Source of the DNA: Mytilus edulis | Taxonomy: Eukaryota | Direction of reading: 5' to 3' | Assembly (NCBI RefSeq): GCF_963676685.1 | Contig: NC_092354.1 | Span: forward strand, 61,566,001 to 61,630,000 | DNA length: 64,000 nucleotides | In this document: piece by piece, positions 49,599 to 63,125 of the stretch | Numbering within the stretch: position 1 is the first letter of the stretch | Layout: each line of letters begins with the position of its first letter | Made by a program: the position numbers and the translations under genes | Notes under the pieces: generated by a model | The model's database searches: none | Told to the model about the DNA's origin: nothing | The model's input: only the letters and a program-made list of their open reading frames with translations

Positions 49599-51339
49599 CG
49601 TTTTTGTTGATGAAAGTGATGATCGGTGATGGTGATGATGATGTTTGATGTATGATGAGATTGATGCATGATGAGATCATTCGGTAAATGGCGGAAATTA
49701 CCGAATCTATAATTGGTAATGCCCAGCTAACAATTAAAGTCATGTTATCATTAAGGCAGTATACAATATTCAAAATTAATTGAAATAAGTAAGGACAAGA
49801 TGAAACTAAGAGGCGAATGAATGAACTAGTTCTATTCGTCATAAGAAATGCGATTGGCAAAATGTAAGTTAAATAATAAAAAGTTTATTTAATGAAATAT
49901 CGAAGGAAAATTTGTATGATATATTCCTCGAAGAACTCGAAGAACTTTAGCAAGGTGCAACTTTATAGTCCGTACTCAGTTTTAAAAAGCTTAATTACCT
50001 TTTAAATAAAATAGTCAGCTTTCTATAACACCTAAGTGCCATATTACGCTAGCTTATATATGTCATGATAGAGTAATTTTTTGGCATCGATTTTCAAAAT
50101 TTGGCATTTTTACATGAATAAGTATCTAACAGTTATGGAAAATGCAGTTAAAAGCATTTCATTGTAGGTGTTCAACATAACTTTACATCAATTATTTCAT
50201 TTTTTAACAAGCTTTTTAGCACGCCAAGTAGTTTGTCTTCTAAATATGATCAGCAGTCTTATATAGAGATATAAACTTTCAAAAGAAAATATTTACCCTT
50301 TCAAGACCTAGTTTAACATTTTCATTTAAAGTTATCATTTCTTATGAAAACTGAGTTTGTGGGGTTTACTACGCTTGTTCGTCAGTTTTCACGGTTAATA
50401 TATAAAAAAGTGGTATGCTTGCCAATGAAACTAGGCTAGGCTAGGACTGTTATACTAAGGTAATATAACACATACATATACCCCTATAAAATCATTACAA
50501 TAAACGTAAAACATACCTAATTTATGTACAAACAAACGATCGAAAAACGAACATGTACATAACACATTAACAAACAACAACCACTGAAATAAAGGCTCCT
50601 CCTGACTTGGTACAGACACATATATACAGAATAGGGCGGGTTTTAACATGTTAGCGGGATACCTACCCTCCCTCTAACCTGGGACAGTGGCGTAACAGAA
50701 CAACATAAGAACGAACTATGAAAATCAGTTGTAAAAGGCTTAACTCATCAGATGGATACAAAGATAAATAAGTACATCTAACAAAAAAATAGAGTGGACG
50801 TGGGCGGGTACTTGTATAACCCAACAACAGAAAGACACTATAAGTACTGATCTTAGAGTACTCGCAGTTACTGACAGCTAGTTCAAAGCCACTAACAACT
50901 ATTAGAAAAAACCATGAATCTAAGGTTTGCATTTAGGTAAAGATTGAAACAAACTGTGAGTAAAAAAGAATGATTTACTATTATTGGATAGTAACGATTG
51001 TCCATTAAAAAAGAGTCATCCTGACCTTAATTAATTCTTGTTAAGGTACATTAAGATACAATATCTAATCAACTAAAAGTCATAGAAGAATAATGTCTTT
51101 TAGATCGCGCTTCTTGGATAACAATTGACCTTGAAAAAAGGGGGTCCTAATAAACATTTTTATAGTTTCCAGTCATTAAGTGTATGAATCTATCTGAAAT
51201 TATACCACAAGTTTCCAAACCACAAAGGGATGGTTATGATTTGCTCGGAGGGGTAGATGAGGGAGGTATTATGGCTCAAACCGTTTAGGAATTAGAGGCA
51301 AAAAAGAGGGAAAAACAAGGGTTTCTTGGTTAATGGTCA

Positions 51340-52790
51340 ATTAAGACAATTTGAAACCAGTGTAAGGAAGGTAATCCAAATATATTGATGTAATCCAGAT
51401 ATGTTGTGAAGAGCCTGTTTCTTTTCTTTAACAGAAAAAAACATCTTCCAATCAGGAATACATCTCGGTTCAATAATCTGATACACTTTGGTGGAAGCTG
51501 TAGCCTTTGTGCGGCGTTCCCTTTCAGCAGACTTCATAGAGTTGTTTATGTCGTAGCGGTCAAAAATATCTGCTACTGTGTGCGCTTTAGAAAAAAATTG
51601 ACACATATTTTTTAATAGTCAGCTACAAGGTCACCGAATGTTTTACTTTTCTTATCATCAATACATTGAACAAATGCCAAAGCACCTCTGATGTAAGTTG
51701 TTGGTGATGGTACAAAGCAATGTAGGGAAAGAGACTTCAAATTTTAATTGCTTCAACAAATCAGACATGTATGATTTTCTCTTGGTGCCATCATCGTGAA
51801 AAAAGGAAATTGGAATGGGAAATACAGCGTGCGACAGAACATTTTCTATTGTTACATCATCACTACAGTTTGCCAAAATCGGTGCATGTCTAAATACAAG
51901 TTCTGGATTCATGTGACCTGAAATTACTTACCCCGATTTAAATTTAAGGTCTGTTTTTGTGGTAATGTTTTCAAACGTTTTTAGTTTTGACTTTGATATT
52001 GGACTATAAAAACTCCTTGACTGACCTAAAGATAGCGGTCTAGTAATCAAATGTCAAGACATATTCCAGCCTTCCTCGACAGCTGCAAAGAATCTTGAAT
52101 ATCTCTAGAATCATGCATTCCAGAAGAGATATTGATAAGACATGGAGGATGGGACTCAACATCAAAGTGATAAATCAAGGTTCACAATGGCAATACCATG
52201 TTGTTCCTCTCTTTTCATAGCTGTTGGTTTTGTTTCCTCTTGTGAATTTAACTTATTTGCAGCAATTTCAGCCCTTTCCAGCATTACACGACTAAGGGAT
52301 TTTAGAAAATGTCTAGTAAGGGTTCGTCTAAAACGCGCATACTTTTGATTTGTTTTGCCTACAGTGCCACCTGATCACCTTGATGCTTTTATAATGGTAT
52401 TTTCTGTTGTCCACAACAAAATGTCCAGGAGTCTATCTTATAACAAAATTGCCATCTTTAAAAGGTGGTTGAATTTTCTCAGAAAGTTGAAGCATATTGA
52501 GTATGTAAACTGGAATCAACCATCAGTAATTGGTACGGTTGGTTACAAAAATAAAAAATAACATTTGAGACGACGATCTCAAAGAAGTTACCCTTTCGTT
52601 CTGCTCTAACATTTGACAGCAAAATGTCTACTGCTTCAAGGAAGATATCCCAGTATTTAAATATAAGTGATACAACACATCCCAAATGCTTATATGTATC
52701 GATAAGAGGCTGTTTAATAGCCTCGAATAGCTCCGTCATATGAGCGTTAGGACTTTTATCTGGCTTGTATTGCTGAAATAATGCTTTTGA
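51340..52790 (-). pseudogene. Decayed large DNA-transposon-like ORF (unclassified; Kolobok-like end near 53392)
   Basis: Motifs FKYWDIFL...VRAERKGN, TENTIIKAS.*SGGTVG.T, NPELVFR...PISFFHDDGTKRKS and DIFDRYD.NNSMKSAERERR. The upstream end reads TTAA-CGATGTAAACCT on the minus strand. Confidence 0.6.
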
Positions 52791-55220
52791 GATAAATGAA
52801 TTTGAAATTCTTGATTAATTAAGGTATATAATATCATATGAATAATGATTATTCTACATTTTGCGTAAAAACAAATGATGAAATTGAATTGAAACGTATG
52901 CTGTTAAATGCAAAATATAAGTAGTATTACACTTTTACAAAAACTCTTTAATAACGGACTGATTTTGCTAAACGTTTTTTTTAGACCGTTAACATAAGGT
53001 GTAACAACAATGTATATAATAACATAAATCATATTACGGATGTCCTTTTACAATTAGGACGTCAAAACTGTTCAAAGTCGACTTTAAAGCCGATTTCACA
53101 AAAATCGCACCGTACGATTTTTTGACGACAAGTCAAAATGTTCCGTTTAACCTTTGAACTACCTATACTGTGATTTATAGCCGTATAGTCCGTATACGAC
53201 AATTAAACTCCTTAAATAAGCGGCTTTTCTTTACTCAGCCACCGTAAAAATAGCTCCAAAATAAATAAAATCGATGAAAAATGGGAAAATCATCTTCAAC
53301 AATTATTTTGTTAAAGTCTTATAAACCCGAAAATCAGGCTAAGAAAAAAAGTTTAATTCTAGAAATTTTTGGCTCCTCAGAGGTTTACATCGTTAAGAAA
53401 ATACCTATATATCTTGTTAACAACTTCAGAGTAATTAGATAAACATGATGACTTCGTAATTTTTCTGTGGATTGACACTGCCTTTTATATATAACATAAC
53501 CCTGTTCAATAGTTTCCAATATTTATTCGAAAATGATTAGGCGTGTAAAAGTAAAATAACAAAATAAATCGAACTCCAAGGATAAAAAGGACGCTACCTA
53601 AACTTACACGACAGCTTCATCCTTTTATATTATTCATCTCATGATTTTTTCCACAAATGACTTATAATCGACGAGACATATACATAATACTGGCGGTCAA
53701 AATTCATTTTTTAATTGACCCATGCGACTCTCTTGTGTCTTCATACTAAACACTAGCGACATGTGTTTGTGATCTTAGCTCTTTAGTGATTTATAAAGAA
53801 GTCGTTTAACAGTATCTCATCCAAGATTATGGATTCGCAGCATAATATTACCCTGTTCATTAAACAGTCTCTTTCCTTCATGTGACTGTCACTCTCTCAG
53901 ATTCTATTTTTAAATTTGTGTTCTCTTTATGAATTAACGAGATTTCAATACTGGCTGCTTTACTTTAAATGAGATATACCGTTAAACGGCAGAAATCAGT
54001 TTACCGTTTTAGTGTTAAATCTTCGTTTTCAAATCAACAAATGCTTCTCGAATTGTTATGAATGTGCCAAACAGCAGAGAACAAATGACAAGGTAATTTA
54101 TCTTATCTGTTACAGACATGTCCTAGACTTTGAAATAAACATACCATATAGGATTATATGTACATGTAATTGGTGTGATAGGGATATTGTAACTAGTGAA
54201 ATGTTAGGTAAGTGCATAGACGTGAGGAGAACAAAACAATATGAAAAAAAATATTCATCAGATATTTCGAGACGTGTCATCATAGAATATTCAACGGTAG
54301 CTATTGTTGCTGGTTGATTAGACACTTTTAAAGAGATTTCATTTACAACCTTATATTAGCAACAAATAGGATGGGAAGTATTCGCTGATAATACAATATA
54401 CAAGAAGAATATTACTTTGTATACAAATATGTTACATTAAATCAAACATTCCGATTAAGACACAATTTTAGACATGTATTCACCAAGAAATCATTACACA
54501 AAGACCTAGTTATGTTATTATGATTTAGTTGGTCAGTGCATATGAACTATGCGCATGTACTAGTTCACAAACAATGCGTAATGCAAACATAGTCATTTTC
54601 CTTGTACAAAATCATATAAAAGTGACTTGAATTGCGTTATTTCTGGTGTATTCATGACGTCATAAAATTTAAACTACACATATATTACATTGTCTCAACA
54701 CACTGAGAATAAGAAGGATATATTTAAAAAAGTCGTTCACTAAAATTAACATGATTGTATATTAGTGCCGAATGACACACTGGTAATAATTGTTAATGTT
54801 GCACAATTTGATCGACAATTCTACAAAAGCAGTATAAAAATATGTAATGTCTCATTCTGTAACTTTTAAATCTAACAACCTGTCTGTTCTTAATAATCTA
54901 TTCGTTAATCGAATACCATCATTCCGACTTGTACACAGCGTGGTGTTACGAATAATACATTACATTTGAAGAATGTCAACAAAAAACCGGAACAAAATAT
55001 GTATTCGTGATATATCAATTGAGCAACAAGCTTAATCTTGTTTTTATTGATATTTTCATACAGATGAGCATCATGATCATCTATGTTCTATTCTATGAAC
55101 TAAATAATAAGTTACAACGCATATACGCTTTTAGTGAAATCGTGTAAAAATAATATTCCTTGTTTGAAACATTATGCAAATCAAAACTATAGCATGTATA
55201 TGTATGTTGTAGATCGATAT

Positions 55221-58200
55221 ATGTTAAGATGGCTTAACATCTTGATGATACTATTGCAGGTTACTCTTTCTGGCAAGTAACGTTTGAAGGATTCAAGTCT
55301 ACTTATAGAAATTAGTTCAAATGAATAACTTTAAACTGTTATCCATAAAACCATGTCAAAATTAGTTTTCTTCGCTATGCCACATGCAATGTAGAACTTT
55401 ACTATCTTTTTTTCATGTTTGGTGTTTTACGACAGCCTAGTATGGATGTTTAGATATACATATCTTTGGTCTGGTAGGATTTATTAAATTCATTAAACAG
55501 AAAGAAATCATTATACTCTACATACATAATTTCTTTTTCAAACAGCTAAATAAGATAAGCGAATACGTTAATTTGTATAATGTACGTCAACTGGAACCAT
55601 GACAAAATAAACATCAGGAGAGTAATACACAGTTCCGACAACGTTTATTCTTGACTTATGAGTTTGGATGACTCTCAGGTACCTTTAGCATCTCTTTTAC
55701 ATTCATGTTAACTTTATAATTTCATGTTTATGCTTGAACTACAACTGATATATTTTTATATATGAACAAGCTAAAAAGTTAAATCACAAAAATACTGAAC
55801 TTAGAGGAAAATCAATTCGGAAAGTCCATAATCACATGGCAAAATCAAATTACATATATGTCATATTCCTGACTTGGTAAATGTAATGAACTGTCATATT
55901 CCGGACTTGGTTAATGTAATGATTGTTCCTTTTTTGAAAAGTTCATTTGACAGGTCGATCTACGTCTATTCAATAAAGCTGTACTTGCAATTATTTTCTA
56001 GAAAACAAATCATTGTTTGACTTTTATTTATTGTTCATTTAGATGCAGGCCAGCAGTGTTTGTCATGCAGTAATGTAGAAAGTGTACAAGATTGTCAGCA
56101 TTACGTATTTTGTGACAATACAGAGATACTTATTTTTTTAGTCTTGTTGTTGTGTCCCGTGGACTGTTGTTTGTGTTTTTTCTTCATTTGTATCTTCCGA
56201 GTATGAGATATTATATTGAAAGTGTTATGTTGTATGACCGTATCTTGACCTCTAGATGTTGGTTTCATTATTTCCAATTCAACGATATTAATTTCATTCT
56301 CCTTTTATTTATATTTAGGTTTATAACCAGTTTAGCTTCATGCTGACTACAAAATGTCCATTAATGTACCTTAAATTATGCTATATTTGACGTCAAATAT
56401 CGTATAGAGAAGAAGTCTCCATAAAACTCTCACTTATGAGTAAACAATGAAGTAAATAATTATTTATTTGTAACATCTCGATAGTTTCCCATAATAAACA
56501 TAAACAAAATCTTGAGTACATATCTTAAATTTTCTAAAATAATACTGTATGGTGTCTTTAACTAGTTTTCAATTTTTAATATATAGAATCTTATTACAAT
56601 AATCTTATACGGATTTTATGCTCTTTACAGGTCTGTTTTAAACACAAATATATGACAGAATCTGGTGGATCCATGTATGATTTTGGATGTGCAGTGCCTG
56701 CGGTAAGTGTTAAAATATATATTGAAGCAAAGAAAACTTCAGTGAGGATTTCATATTTTACTGCACAATCTATCTTTCAAACAACGAAATAACAGGCAAT
56801 AATACTTCACTTAATGGATTTCAATAAGGCTACTATTTTCCCCCAGCAGAAGCGCATTTCGCTTCGTCTCCCTCATGATCACCAGCCATAAATATAAGAA
56901 GATGTGGTATTAGTGATAAATAGGATTTGAATTTCTTTCGTGTAATTGTTATAACGTTTTCATTTTTTTCTATGATTTCTGAACTAGTAATTTACGAATT
57001 TGTCAAATCCCATTAGCTTTGATATGAAATATAAACAAAATGTAGCATTCACATGTGTCTTGCATGGAACATTAATCAACATTATTTTAGACATTTAATC
57101 ACCTGATTGGATCTATTTTTGGGAAAAGATCAGAGGGCCATCACTTAACATGTACTGCCTGCTGTAATAATACTAGGCTATGCAACCAGGATATACCGTG
57201 CACTAACACGAAACCTAATGGCTAGTATGCTTTTGTATTGAATATTATGGAGAACCTCTTTTTCACAAAGAACCTTTATATAGTGGTTTAGAATTTCTCT
57301 TATCCTATGTTATTTTAATCAGCTATACAATTCACAACAAATCTGAAAGTTGACAAAAAAAAGATCATCAACATTACAGTATACTAGTATTCAATTTAGA
57401 TGCATACATTCCTTGCCAGAAAAGCTACATTGTCTTAAAGATTAACGCTTAAAAGAATGATGTTGTCCTCTCTTTTTTTAAGAAGAGAGGAACATTAACA
57501 CCTTTAGACATTAACACATAAGTGTATTTGTTTCTCATGATAATGAGTGCCTAAAAATATAAAGACTATATCAAAGGACATATTATCTAGAACGAAACGT
57601 ATCAATTCATTGTTAGTAATACTAGTGTCAATTTGACATACAAACTATGGACTATAATTTGTTGCATCAGTTGGATTAAAATTGATAAATGTGATATGAA
57701 TTAAAGTTTATTTACTTTCAAATATGTCGACTGTTGTTTTCTTTTTGTACCGTATATAGTCCTAACAACGTAAAAGATTATGCGTACAGTTTGGATTTAC
57801 TCTTAAATCTCCAATGAAAAAAAACTTTCGTAAGATTTTAAGTACAAATTTTGCAGTTACATCCGAAAAACGTTTTGACAATTCTAACCATTTATTTGCA
57901 ATACGTTCTATACCATATATAACTGGTGACGAATGTGAAATATAACTGTTCAATTTCTAAGCTGTCCTAACAAGAAACTGTTTTAATTTACTTTATTAAA
58001 AGTGATCCTCACTGTTCTAACCTAGAGAAGATGCAAACATTATCAACTATTAAGAATCAATACTTTTTGCATTTCAGTCACAAAACTTCCACGAGAGTGC
58101 TCCGACATTGAAATGACAAATCCAGCAGACGGTGTTTACACTATCTATCCTGACGGCAAACGAGCTGTACCTGTTTATTGCGATATGACCACTGCAAATT

Positions 58201-61200
58201 TCAGATGGACAGTAAGACTGATTTCCTTTAATCCATGATGTATAATGGAACGAAAGACATTATGTGTACCTTGAACAGAATATTTGAAATTTCTTGTCAC
58301 CTTCGATTCTTTTTTTTATTTCTCATGAACCAATCTTAAACATAAAGCATACGAAATTTCATCTCAAATAGAAGACAATACAAAATCAAACAAACAAGTT
58401 TTGCAAAGTTCATATCTCCAACGGTAATACTCGAAGAAAGTCAAAATTAACGATAGCTTCGTTTGTTGCAACCAATAGTTTATCAATCTATTTCACATGT
58501 TTAATATCTTTTTTTTTATTATTTCATGTAAATATAGGTAATACAAAGAAGAATTAACGGATTTGTCCATTTTTATCGCGGATGGTCTGCCTACAAAGAG
58601 GGGTTTGGTAATGTTAGTGGTGAATATTGGTTGGGTAGGTATGACTTCACTTAGTATGCTCTATTGAACAAAATGAACTTTTATTTCATTTCTCAAATAT
58701 ACATCAAAATCAAATTTAACGAAGCATATCATTTTTGTAAATTGTAACTTTGACCTATTACTTCAATTAGGTAGGACAAAAGTAAGCTAAGGGATGGCAG
58801 ATTATTTTCAATTGCATTTTGTTTTCTGCATGTAATTTTTGATTATCAATATTAACACAAAGAGTTCTCCCACACGATCAGCATTACCTGCATATTTAAA
58901 GTTTGTATATTCCATTATTGATTCTTTATAATATAACATGATCAGTAATATGTCAAGCAATTATGACTATAGAGCTTGAACATTTACAAACGTTTTGAAT
59001 CGGCCGTTATTTCGTAACTTCAAATATTTCAAGGTTAATATTTAATGCACGTGTTATAGATATTTCATATAGTTAAATAATAAAACAATAACACATACAG
59101 AATTCGATTATCTTTGTGATCTCGCATGTTAATATTCAGCGTGTCGATCAAGTAATAGACATGGTTCACATAATATGCAAATGTTTTGGTAGAAATGTGA
59201 CATCTGTCATTAGACTTAAACATCAATCCGTTTTAAATAAACCTATAAAATTACTTCTAGACACATGTATACTACTTAAAAAGCCAGGGATTTCATCATC
59301 ATAAGAAGTACGAAATCCAAGACAGCTATCGATAGACACACAAGTCTATAATTTAACAAATGCATATATATGTCAGTTAAATCTATTTCCGGTCTCATAT
59401 TTGTGCCGTTTCCTTAAATCTATGTACTTTGATCTGATGTAGCCCAACTATATGACCCTATGTTCAGCCATAAATCTTTGTCCTTTCAGCAGAGCTATGT
59501 CATGTTTCTTGGTTACCAACATAACTTATCAAATGTTCTTATCCCTGTTAAATCCTGATTTATATAATTGTTCAGTGTCTTAACTTATTTCGATTTAATT
59601 CGAATATAAAACAAACATTCATCAAATACATTTTGATAATTTTGTCGTCAAAAAGCTCAAACACACCAAACGAATGGATACCAACCATCCTATTCCTGAC
59701 TTGGTACAGGCAAGATATCAATCGCACTTGTACTTAGTAAACTCATAATAGATATCAGGATCAATACCTTATACGCCAAACATGTTTCGTCCAAGAATGA
59801 CCCTCGAATAAGAAAAATAAATATAGCTAAATAAAGCTGGGGAATATGGCTGGAATATGGCAGTTGTCGTGTCTATGTATATTGAATATTGAATTGTCTT
59901 TTATTTTAAGTTGCATTTCTTAGTGCTCCTGTGTTTTTTTCCTCTTATAGTTGATGTGTTTCCTCGGTTTTAGTTTGTAACACGAATTGGTTACTCTCAA
60001 CCGATTCATGCTTTTTGAACAGCAGTATACTACTGTTGACTTTATTGAGAATTATGTAATAGAGACCAAATCTTTTAATAGAGACCATAAATAAATCTTC
60101 CGAAATATTTTAAGCAACAAGTATATGACCAATTTTCCGTTTTGTAATCATATTAGATAATATACTTATATATACAATATGGTAACACCTGTCAAAATGA
60201 AAGTTGATTTTCGTTTTCTCAAGATAGATGCAGAGTTAATGTGGTGTTTTCTTAGATATGTACCTGATGTCTGCCGCCTTACTGATGATATTTTTTTTTA
60301 CTTTGTAATTTACAGGTAATGTTAACATCCATGAGATAACATCCCATAATAATCATGAAATCAGGATCGAATTAGAAGATTTTGAAGGAAACAAAAGGTA
60401 TGCTGAATATACAGTTTTTGCCGTTGCTGATGAAGAGAGTAACTTTCGTCTTCTTGTATACAACTACTCGGGTAACGCTGGTAAGCTAATAACAAATAGT
60501 TACAAATAGAAAAACGTAAAATTACAAGAACATCGAACTCTGAGGAAAATTCAATACGGGAATTAACGTAATATAACGATAATTAGAGAATCAAACAAAT
60601 ACCAAATGACAAACATAGTAAGGACAAATCTTACAAAACAAATTGTGTAGATTATTGTGAAAGTTACAACCAAATGGGACCTTCTTTGTTTAAAAAAAAA
60701 AATCCGTATTAGTGCCAACAATCAGACAGCGATCCATCAAATACCATATGTGTTTGATGTAAACATCTTGCAGTCTTAAACAATGACAAAACACACCGTA
60801 TTGTTATTCATATATTCAATTATACGTGTACATACTATTTTTTACATGTATATAAGGTACACTATTTTAAATGTTTACTTCACGTAAAACGTTTACGAAA
60901 ATCTCCTGCTGTTAAAAATATTTGTTTAAGTATAAAGTTTATATATATATACAGTTAAAACATAACATATCTAATAAATCTAACGAACTATGAAAATACT
61001 AATAAGTAAAACAAAAACAATACTAGAAAAGTTATATCGATATAAAAAACTTTTTTCTGTGAAATAATAATGATTAAAATAGAAAAGAGATAATGGTAAA
61101 TGAAATTAAAACTGTATTGATATCTTGATCAATGTTTAATTTTCCTAGATTCGAACGATTTTATTCAATTCTAGATAAGTGATTCCAAAAACAATTTTGC

Positions 61201-62221
61201 AAATGAGAGTTTCTGTCGGAAACTGTTTTATAGACTGTCACGGAATATGTCTTCCAACAGTGGCCGAGTGGTTTAACATGTTTAAGTAGTTACTACTGTA
61301 ATCACTAGCCAGTATCTATCAAGGTTGTGAGTTTGAATCTTAATTGACTAGGATTATCAGTTTTCCTATCGCGAGTCGATGGTTTTCTCTGAGAAAACCG
61401 ACTTTCTCCCCTTATAAAAAAAAAATAGCCGCTACGAAATACCCTAAAGGCGGTGCTTATAAGTGGCGTTAAAACGCCAAAAAAAATCAAAAACCAAAAC
61501 CAACAGAAATCGTCAGATTTGAAGAGCGGTAATGACTAATCTTAACTGTATTATGTAATATTTGACATTGCATTTCCGTTGATCATAATGGCACAAAACA
61601 TTTTTTTCTAATTAAAAGGAAAATCATTAAAATACTCACCTCATGGATATTTAATAAATATACATTATTTAAAATCTGATTTTTTTATGTTTTGTACCTT
61701 CTAAATATATTGAGGACGAAGCATGATGATACCAAACAATATTGGAAATAGTGAGAATTGTTGTCAAAATATTGTTTTACTTGTTTTTCAACTGAGGTAC
61801 GTGTATGAAACCCCTTAATATCACAAATTTTTTTTTAATTTTTTTTTTGTAATAATTCAATAATGTCTTTGTCGTTTATTTATAAAAACAAAGAAAACCT
61901 TCTTCATATTCTGATAGAGACGATACAATGATTGAATTGGAAATTAATGTCACCTTATCTCAAATTGTAGGTGACTCTTTTTCGTATCATAACGGTATGA
62001 TGTTTTCAACGTTTGATAAGGAGAACGATCCGTTTAGTCAATATAATTGTGCCGTAAAGTACAGTGGAGCTTGGTGGTACAATAAATGTCATTATTCAAA
62101 TCTAAATGGAAAGTATTTGGCGGGACATCACACTTCAAACGCTAACGGTATTGATTGGTATCATTGGAAAGGTGAATACTACTCAATGAAGTCAACCAAA
62201 ATGATGATTCGAAAGTATTGA
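55221..62221 (+). CDS. Secreted fibrinogen-related protein (FReD/FREP) with an N-terminal Ly6/three-finger-like Cys-rich domain; exons 55221-55272, 56043-56125, 56631-56702, 57091-57220, 58078-58211, 58538-58634, 60316-60480, 61971-62221 (about 327 aa)
   Basis: Signal-like [17 protein letters not shown]; CLSC..DC..C..VCF..GC...CTACC....CN; then FReD motifs [75 protein letters not shown] and KMMIR. All intron phases are compatible. AATAAA at 62224. Donors at 55273 and 57221 are GC and the donor at 56126 is AT. Confidence 0.88.
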
Positions 62222-62997
62222 CGAATAAAGAATTTTGAAGTATAGTTAATTTTATTATCCTCTTACATTTAATATTCAATAGCAAACAATTACTACAAAA
62301 ATGGGGGAAAAAATACTGAAATCCGAGAACAAAAGCTTACAAACATCAAACGAGTTACCATTCAAAATAATGTTCCTTCAATAATACTCCAGGCCTTAAA
62401 GATCCCAATAGTTGCCTAAACATTGAGGTGCTTATAAAACCAAGATGTATATAAAGTCTGTTAATATTTAGTTAATTATTTAAATAGATGATAAGGTATA
62501 TTACTTGGTTTCAATAGATTTCGAACTTATATAACATCATCATAGAAATCACTCGTTTCGGAATTCTATTTTCATTCATGAATCGTTAACATACTTTCCT
62601 GAAAATAGAAAAAAGTTAGAATTCGATGATTGCCAAAATGTTTTAACATCAATTATCCTCTGTTTTTACAAGAAAAAAGAAATCATATATTCAGTACTTA
62701 ATGGTGAATTTAAAGCAAAGTATATTACTGGGTTTTCTGTTGAGACTGATCAGTTTTTTTGTAACTTGAAGAGGATCGACAAAACTTACCAAAAAGGACA
62801 ACGAAACTCATAACACATACATAAGGCAATACCATAGGTAAAAACGGTAACCCACTGCTGTGTTTTTTGTATAATATGTCCAACGACGTTACCGTATTCA
62901 ATGTGAGTTTTCTAATAGGGCTTCATATGACCATAATTTCAAAGAACATTCATTTGATAATGTTAGTAAATGTAATAATTGTAGTACAATCTTCACA

Positions 62998-63125
62998 TAA
63001 ATAAACTCATCATAGATACCAGGACTAAATTTAGTATACGCCAGATGCGCGTTTCGTCTACAAGACTCATCAGTGACGCTCGAATCCAAAAAAAGTTAAA
63101 AATGCCAAATAAAGTACGAAGTTGA
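62998..63125 (-). mobile_element. Retrozyme-family fragment with a hammerhead core
   Basis: The minus strand reads GCGUCA-CUGAUGA-GUCU-UGU-AGAC-GAAACGCGCAUC-UGGCGU at 63038-63079. Confidence 0.7.

Noticed and set aside
48983-49629. Regular short repeats as a CRISPR array or a 106-aa repeat protein
   Set aside because: The units are contiguous with no unique spacers, there are no cas genes, and the context is eukaryotic. The ORF is a by-product of the 21-bp period.
54610-54845. CRE palindrome (TGACGTCA, 54655) and TATA-like boxes upstream of the FReD gene
   Set aside because: Short motifs are expected by chance in AT-rich DNA. The ATG exon has an upstream acceptor, so the true TSS is unknown.
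61928-61970. ATG start of the 97-aa FReD ORF in the ORF track
   Set aside because: This stretch is intronic. The exon begins after the TTGTAG acceptor at 61971 and continues the phase-1 junction from 60480.
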